DNA of 63,201 nt, filler included. It is 9 parts of 9 records of this genome, joined end to end, with 100 filler letters (N's around TTAATTAATTAA, not from the genome) between each part and the next. Parts side by side here need not be neighbours in the genome. Positions count along the whole stretch, not along the records: positions 54,403 to 59,891 come from SRR7504441_1024; positions 59,992 to 63,201 come from SRR7504441_1046; 7 more parts are not named here. One strand, 5' to 3'. How positions within the stretch are numbered: the stretch's first letter is position 1; each line of letters starts with the position of its first letter. The notes beneath the pieces were generated by a model that searched no databases, had not been told where the DNA came from, and saw only the letters and a program-made list of their open reading frames with translations. Positions 57,085 to 63,201 of this stretch are shown here, in pieces. The translations under genes were made by a program, and so were the position numbers.

Positions 57085-58092
57085 TTAATTCGTGCCACGA
57101 AACGAAGAGCCGCAAATCACATTCTTTCTCGCGCTCTCAAGCTCCATTTGCAGCAGCTCGTTCGCGTGTGTGAGCGTCCTTATCGACGCGTTCAAGTCTG
57201 ATATTTGGTCGTCTTTGCCGTCGATCTCATGCTCTAGCCTTCGCACCTCTACCAGCGAGAGCTCATGCTCGGCTGCCTCGGCTTTGTGCAATTCGAGCGC
57301 AGTCTTGAGCTGCAGCTCCATGTGCTCCTTCTCGCGCAGCCACCGCGCCTGCCCCTCCTCGTGCTCTCGTTCCAACCGCCACAGCTTGCTCTCAATATAC
57401 GGCCCGCCTTGTCTGTGCGCGGCCGCCTCCCGAACCTTGATTGCCGCGTTCTCCTCCTCAGCCACTCTCAGCCGTGCCCTGAGCTCGGCCAGCTCATCCT
57501 GCTCCAGCTCGTCAGCCGTCTGGCCTCTTATCTGGTCCCTCCGGTGCCCGATCGCCGCCTTCACGCGCTCGGCTTCGTATCGGTCCCTAACCGGCGATCC
57601 GGTCCCAATCACAGCCTTATCCGGCAGCCGTATCCCTTGGCTCACCGCGGCTTGCACGATCGCCTCGCGCCGGTGCAGAGGGGTGATCGACGGCTCGGGC
57701 CGCATTGGGGGCGACGGCGGCGGGCTGAGTCTTACAATCGGCGGCTCGGGCGGCAGGTACGGCTCCGGGGGGGCGATCTTGGTCCGGGGGGGCTCGGGAT
57801 CCAGGTGTGGGAGCATCCGGGGGGGGGAGCTGCCATGGGACCGCAGCGAAGGGTACTTGGCCGTAATCGACTGCAGCTGCTCGCGGAACTGATCGACGTG
57901 GGCCGCAGAATGGTCTTCCGTGTGCGACACCGGGACAGACGGCGCCGGCGGCCGACGGACTGGATCGGACTGCAGCCGGGGCGAGTCGGCAGCACCTGAA
58001 CCGAAGGCTCGGTCCGCCGCCCAGAGCGCTTCGCTTCGGTCCATGGCCCGCTGGGCCGCGGCCAGCGCAGAGCCCGGCTCGGGGCTCTTCAT
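57085..58092 (-). CDS. Pro-rich / coiled-coil hypothetical protein
   Basis: Uninterrupted ORF from ATG at 58092 with a C-terminal heptad pattern. Confidence 0.6.
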   Translation of the reverse strand: MKSPEPGSALAAAQRAMDRSEALWAADRAFGSGAADSPRLQSDPVRRPPAPSVPVSHTEDHSAAHVDQFREQLQSITAKYPSLRSHGSSPPRMLPHLDPEPPRTKIAPPEPYLPPEPPIVRLSPPPSPPMRPEPSITPLHRREAIVQAAVSQGIRLPDKAVIGTGSPVRDRYEAERVKAAIGHRRDQIRGQTADELEQDELAELRARLRVAEEENAAIKVREAAAHRQGGPYIESKLWRLEREHEEGQARWLREKEHMELQLKTALELHKAEAAEHELSLVEVRRLEHEIDGKDDQISDLNASIRTLTHANELLQMELESARKNVICGSSFRGTN

Positions 58093-58094
58093 TG

Positions 58095-59810
58095 ATGAAG
58101 CAGCGAGTGACAATGAAGCTGCGTCAGCTGCCTATGTCGGTGCTCCGCCAGCTCGTGGTGGAGGCTGCCGCGGGGACCGGGGCGAGGCGCATCCCAGTGC
58201 TAGCCGGCAGCTGCGCCGAACTGGCCGCTGTCTGCCGGGAGGAGGCCACCTGGCGGCTCTTGTTCGGCTGGCAGTTTGGGCAGCACGCGGTCCGCTGGGC
58301 CCCGGCCCATCACAGCCCGTCTGCGGGCTGCTGGCGCGACCGGTACCGGCAGCGGGTACAAGCCGGCAGCGCCCGGGCCGCTGGGCTGTGCCGCGAGCGT
58401 GTGCTCTCTCCCGACAGGTTTATACTGGCGTTTGGGCTGGACGGGCACTTGCTGGCTACAGGGGATACGACCGGCCGGGTGAGGGTCTGGGACTTGTGGT
58501 CCGGGGCCGACTGGCCGGTGGGGCCGGCGGTTGGGACTGCCATCTGTGCGCTGGCGGTGTGCGCGGTCACTGGGTGGGTGGCAGTCTGCCATAACCTGCG
58601 GGCCAGTATCTACAGGCTGGGCACCTCGGGCGGGCCGACCCAGTGCCTGGACCACTCGCAGCTCGAGTTGGGCGGCGGGGTAGCGGTCGACTTGGAGTCT
58701 GCCGCCAGCTCGCCCGACTCCGTGGCCCTCCTACAAGCCGAGAGGTATGGGAGGCCCGGCGACAGCCGGATGCGAGTGCTCACACTCGTTGCGGGGGTGG
58801 GGCCTGGGCTGGCGCGCGGGCAGGGGATAACGGTGCTGTGGGACGGGGCGGCGGGAATTCCGTTGCGCACGTTTGTGTCGCCGCTGTCGGAGCAGGCGGG
58901 GATGATCGCTGTGGCGCCGAGGGTGGCGGATGGCTCATTGGACATTGAGCTGATTGATGCGTTCAGCCTCGCCCGGGCCTGCTCGGCCACACTTGAGAGT
59001 CCCGCGGTGGGTGCCCCCAGCGAGGTCTGCGGGCTGATGTTCTCCTGGCTGAGCACGCCACGCACAGGGTCAAGGACTCGTGTGCAGATCCTAGTCCCCG
59101 AACCAACAGCGCTGTGGGTCTTCCAATATTCTATCCCGAGCAAAGAGGCGCCTCAGCCGGTGGAGCCATTCGCGGCGTTCAAGCACGAGTTGCCGATGTG
59201 CAGGATGGATCTCTCCTACGATCTCTGGTCGTACTCGCGGTTTAGGCATCGATATATTCTAAATCGAGTGAGAGGCCAATATTCAAAGGACAGTAGTGGC
59301 AATTACCAGTTGGCGGAGAACACAGGGCGGAACTGGTTGCTTCAGATCCGAGATTTACTGGCGCCGGACGCCCATCACGCCACGGTCAATCTTGATCGGG
59401 TTAACCCGTCTGACGTGGTGGTGCTCGACATGAGGCTGGCAGGGGACAGTATCAAGCCCGGTTATGAGCCGTTGGTGCTTCTAGCAGAGCTCAACAGTGG
59501 CCGCACAGTCCACCACACAACGCCCGACGGCGAGGAGTTGGAATATGACCGGTACCACATGTGCTCCTGGGCACTAGCTCGGGGCTCTGGGGTGCTTGAT
59601 AGGGCGGTTAGGGTGCAATCGCATGTTCCCCGGGAGTTGCAACGATTGCAGGACGCCGGCAGACTCAAGCCTGTCGAGCTTTTGATGCGGCGGTCCACGG
59701 CCGGCAACTGGCGGTTGCCGGCCGTGGACACTGTCGGCAACTGGCGGTATGCGGTTGTGAGTGATTGTGTCGGTATACACATCCTTGACTTCCTGCCTCG
59801 CGGATCTTGA
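58095..59810 (+). CDS. F-box-like / WD40-like protein
   Basis: N-terminal LRQLPMSVLRQL...CAELAAVCREEATWRLLF (F-box-like) and LLATGDTTGRVRVWDL (WD40). Intronless ORF. Confidence 0.6.
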   Translation: MKQRVTMKLRQLPMSVLRQLVVEAAAGTGARRIPVLAGSCAELAAVCREEATWRLLFGWQFGQHAVRWAPAHHSPSAGCWRDRYRQRVQAGSARAAGLCRERVLSPDRFILAFGLDGHLLATGDTTGRVRVWDLWSGADWPVGPAVGTAICALAVCAVTGWVAVCHNLRASIYRLGTSGGPTQCLDHSQLELGGGVAVDLESAASSPDSVALLQAERYGRPGDSRMRVLTLVAGVGPGLARGQGITVLWDGAAGIPLRTFVSPLSEQAGMIAVAPRVADGSLDIELIDAFSLARACSATLESPAVGAPSEVCGLMFSWLSTPRTGSRTRVQILVPEPTALWVFQYSIPSKEAPQPVEPFAAFKHELPMCRMDLSYDLWSYSRFRHRYILNRVRGQYSKDSSGNYQLAENTGRNWLLQIRDLLAPDAHHATVNLDRVNPSDVVVLDMRLAGDSIKPGYEPLVLLAELNSGRTVHHTTPDGEELEYDRYHMCSWALARGSGVLDRAVRVQSHVPRELQRLQDAGRLKPVELLMRRSTAGNWRLPAVDTVGNWRYAVVSDCVGIHILDFLPRGS

Positions 59811-59891
59811 ACGCTCACATTACCTCATGGAGGCTTGCACTAGTCTGCACTAGAACTTTACCCGCAGCCCCGGAGGTCATCGAATCAGCAC

Positions 59892-59991
59892 NNNNNNNNN
59901 NNNNNNNNNNNNNNNNNNNNNNNNNNNNNNNNNNNTTAATTAATTAANNNNNNNNNNNNNNNNNNNNNNNNNNNNNNNNNNNNNNNNNNNN
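59892..59991. other. Artificial contig-joining spacer
   Basis: N44-TTAATTAATTAA-N44. Confidence 0.98.
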
Positions 59992-60335
59992 AGGCTCTCG
60001 ACTAAGGCTCAGGAGGCCATTCGGCATTGCGACCTTCAGGCCCTGGGGTTTGCCGCCAGTCCGATCGGGACCCAACCCCCGGCGCGTTCGAGGCAATGCC
60101 CCGCCTTCTACGTGGAGACATCCGATGACGACACGCAGGTGCTCGCGCAGCACGCCCCCGCATCTGCTGCAGTCACCCATGACCGCAGCATGGGAAATCG
60201 AAAAAGCGAGCTCAACCTGCACGTTAGTCGTGCTGAGTATGCAGCAGCTCAGGACAAGAAAACACACCCGCCTGCGAGCGGGTAACACACACGTGTGCGG
60301 GGCCGGTTGCCTCGGGCGTCCGGCTCGCTGGAGAG

Positions 60336-61265
60336 ATGTTGAATGGGTGCCGGGGGGGGCTGCGGTACGCGGCGTGCTCGCTGCTCTGGCCGATCTCGAG
60401 CCTGTGCACCCTGGCGGTCAAGACCTGGCTGTTTGTGGCGCTATCGGCGCTCATTAACCTGTGGTGGCTGATAGACAAGGCTTCCAAGGCCGGCGCCCCG
60501 GCCCAGCCGGCCCGGGCCAGCGGCCCGGCTGTGGCTTCCTTCGGGCCGTCTGGGCTGCTGCTCCCGTACTACGTTGGGGTGGCCGAGTACATTCGGGAGC
60601 AATTCGATGTGTCTCAAGTGCACGGGTGTGGCGTCTCGGGAGGATTTGCAGGAGCGTCCACCTTGATTCTCGGGGTGACCCGCGAGCAGCACTGGCAGGC
60701 GATCAGCCGGCTGCGCCAGCGAGGGGCCGAGCGCCGGTTCTCGATCTATTTCATGTCCACGCGGGACTTCGTGCACTACGGCTATTTAAAGGTACTCGAA
60801 CCGGTGGCAGATCAGCTGGGCCCTAAGCTGGCAGAGGGCCGGTTCCACCTAGGAATGACCGTGCTCCCGTGGCTCCGACCGATCGTGGCCAGCCGGTTCC
60901 AGAGCGTTAAGGAGCTGATCTACGCTTGCACTTGCAGTATGAGGACGGCACCGCTCTATCGCACGCTAGGCTGGTTCAACGGTCAATTCGTGGCAGATGG
61001 GGCCATCAGCAGTAGCTTTGTCACCCCCGAGCGGGTCGCCTGCCGCAAGCCGCTGACGATCTCGGTGTTTCCTCATAATGCCACCATCAGTCCACTGGCA
61101 CACCTTGGCGACTTGTTAGACGTGATCAGGCTTCCGGATCGAGCCCAGTTCGATAGCTGGGTGGCTGCTGGCCGGGACGACGCCAGGCGGTGCCACGAAC
61201 AGATTCGTGAGCACGGATTCAAGCCGCTGCCTGACGCGCCGCCGAGGAAGGTCGCATGGGTTTGA
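60336..61265 (+). CDS. Patatin-like phospholipase (PNPLA family) with an N-terminal membrane anchor
   Basis: SFGPSGLLLPYYVGV (oxyanion region), GVSGG (GxSxG), VADGA (DGx). Confidence 0.85.
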   Translation: MLNGCRGGLRYAACSLLWPISSLCTLAVKTWLFVALSALINLWWLIDKASKAGAPAQPARASGPAVASFGPSGLLLPYYVGVAEYIREQFDVSQVHGCGVSGGFAGASTLILGVTREQHWQAISRLRQRGAERRFSIYFMSTRDFVHYGYLKVLEPVADQLGPKLAEGRFHLGMTVLPWLRPIVASRFQSVKELIYACTCSMRTAPLYRTLGWFNGQFVADGAISSSFVTPERVACRKPLTISVFPHNATISPLAHLGDLLDVIRLPDRAQFDSWVAAGRDDARRCHEQIREHGFKPLPDAPPRKVAWV

Positions 61266-61386
61266 TTGCACGTTGATACTGGTAATTCGGTAATTGTGCA
61301 GAAAGACTAGCACTATAATCACTTAAAGTGAACTCAAACCCTTTCTACCCCTTTCAATCGATGGTTAAATGTCCACTTTAATTCAT

Positions 61387-62230
61387 CTACCGGGCCCACT
61401 CTTTGCCGGCCGCGAGGATCAGCAACTCGGAAACGGATTCGTCAGTGTATGCGCTCAACTCCATGTACTTAAGCCGCCGCCGGGCCGCCCAACCGTCCGC
61501 GGTCGCCCAGCTCACTTGCCGGTCCGCCTCTGCGTCCGCCTTGAACCCGCACAACACAATCGGCCGCTCCGAGTCTTCCAGTTGGTCAAACAACTTGGTC
61601 GCTGCCTCGAAAGATCCGCTGTCCACTAACGAGAAGCTGAGCACCAGCAGTTGCTGGCCCGCGGCCTGATCCACGCAGCACTGGAGGCACGGCGAGAGCT
61701 CCGTGCTGCCGGGCGCGTCCCGCACCCTCAGCCCGAGTTCAGTCCCGGCCGGATCAGTCAGCACGAAATCAGTCACCACTCCGGTGCCTGCCGGCCATTT
61801 GTGAGTGATTCCGGCCCGCGGGGGGCGCACCGGTAGTCCGCTGGTAGGGCTGGGTGAGCGGGGGTATCCCACCCGGTGCTACAGGGAGGGTTGCCTGCCC
61901 AACGGTCAGCAGACCGCTCGAGACGGGCGGCACTACCTTCTGGCTGGCCAGCTGGACTAGCCGGCGGCAGAGGGTGGTCTTGCCGGTCTTGGGCGGTCCG
62001 ATCAGCACCAGGTGCCGGGTGCGGATTCCAGGGGGCAGCTTGAGCGCCCGCGCGATCCTGAGTCGTCGCTTGGGCCCAGCCCGGCCGCAGCGGCGCTCGT
62101 TCAGCTTCGTGTGCGCCGGCTTGGCCGAGCGGGCGAAGCCGTTGGCGGTGGCGGCGCAGAGCCGGATCAGATTGTGCGTGTCGCACCAGCCGAGCAGCTC
62201 GCCGCGCACCTCGTCTGGGAGCCGGTCCAT
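61387..62230 (-). CDS. F-box-like domain fused to a divergent Ras/Rab-like small GTPase
   Basis: MDRLPDEVRGELLGWCDTHNLIRLC, then G1 GPPKTGKT, G3 DAPG, G4 GFKAD and G5 ELSA. Intron 61788-61830 joins the two ORFs. Confidence 0.7.
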
Positions 62231-62330
62231 GAGGGACGAGCGAATAACCGTAAAATTCATATCGAACATTTTTATCAAAAAGTGCAGAGCCGTTGTCGCC
62301 AGCTGCAGGCTTTGACAGAGGTGCTCTTGC

Positions 62331-63201
62331 ATGTATCAGCAGCTGGGGCTGGCGCCGCCCGGCTCGCCGCCGTGGCCGGGCGGGGAGCCGGAGCTGCGCG
62401 TGGCGCTCGAGCAAGCCAACCGGAAGAACCAGCAGCTGCTCGACATGGCCGACAGCCTCCTACGGCAGTCTGGCGGGTTTAGCCTGGCCCCGGCCGAGGA
62501 CCAGTGGGCCCGGACCCAGCTTGAGCTCCAGGCCCAATTCGGCGCGGCTCTCGACAGGGTCCGCACCGGCCAGGGCGCGCTGGCGGCGGAGGTGGCCGCC
62601 CTGCGTGAGCAGGTGTGTGTGGGGCTGTGCCCGGGCTGAGCGTGTGGGGGGCAGCGGGGTTCGCCGGGGCGGACCGGGCCAGTGGGCCGTGCCGTGGAGG
62701 GGATGATCAGTCGGGCGGACCGTCTGCAGCGCGCGACCGGGCCGGGGCGGACCACGGATCTGGAGGGCGCGCTGCCGGGGGGCGAATTGATGCAGCAGCA
62801 GCTCGAGGTCAGCCGGCCGGTGGCCCGGCGCGAGCACCGGGGCGCAGGAGGTTAAGCGACAGGTGCACGAGCTGTCGAGCCAGTGGGATCGTGACTGGTG
62901 CGGCGGCCGACAGCCGGGATCGAGCCCAGTCCGGTCGCCTGCTGACTCGTGGCTCGACGAGACGAGGCGAGGGGGGGCCGGCCCAGCGGGTGGGTCTCGG
63001 ACGGCGGAGCGGCGGGTGCTGGAGGACGAGAACGAATTGCTGCACATGGTCATGGGGTGCGAGCGGATGAGGGGTGCGCTCAGCACGCAAGAACGACTGA
63101 TACTCGCGCGGAGCAAATTTGATCAGCTGGACGAGGCTAGCACCCGACTGCAAGCTTCCGCGCCGCCGGACGGGCCGAGCCAGCCGCTGGATCGAGTTGT
63201 G
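62331..63201 (+). CDS. Coiled-coil hypothetical protein, 3' truncated
   Basis: ATG at 62331 and heptad-rich exons separated by short GT-AG introns. Runs off the window. Confidence 0.5.

Noticed and set aside
7806-59991. Regularly recurring TTAATTAATTAA within N runs as a biological repeat or CRISPR-like array
   Set aside because: These are identical 100-nt assembly spacers. Gene neighbourhoods across them carry no meaning.
1-63201. Genome-wide reassignment of TGA to an amino acid
   Set aside because: TGA ends ordinary genes (8375-8377, 12776-12778, 33807-33809), and other apparent internal stops fall inside introns. Only the SECIS-bearing gene needs read-through.
1-63201. Hundreds of overlapping Pro/Arg/Gly/Ala-rich ORFs as overlapping genes
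   Set aside because: They are expected shadow ORFs in high-GC coding DNA and carry no motifs.

Overview
This is eukaryotic nuclear DNA from a GC-rich, gene-dense flagellated protist (CEP120-like and SPEF1 genes). It is not one locus: nine contigs are joined by eight artificial 100-nt N44-TTAATTAATTAA-N44 spacers. Genes carry many very short introns (mostly 35-45 nt) with frequent GC donors, weak donor consensus and G-rich acceptors, so most listed six-frame ORFs are exon fragments or shadow ORFs. About 33 genes could be reconstructed by hand. They include a ZnT transporter, a secreted ShKT coiled-coil protein, DIM1-like, EF-hand/CEP120-like, SET1-like, RibBA, a giant DUF3638/DUF3645 protein, SPEF1, SCPx thiolase, a tandem-domain PRMT, a sterol desaturase, a sulfatase, LCAT/PLA2G15, MLO with EF-hands, a Harbinger-type transposase, patatin and an F-box/Ras-like fusion. 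The strongest hidden signal is at 45416-46567 (minus). Three separately listed ORFs there are one reading frame broken only by in-frame TGA codons, followed by a well-formed SECIS hairpin. Together they encode a selenoprotein joining a UxxC thioredoxin-fold domain to a hemerythrin domain, possibly with a second selenocysteine. All calls come from reading motifs by eye. No database search was run, and exon boundaries are predictions.
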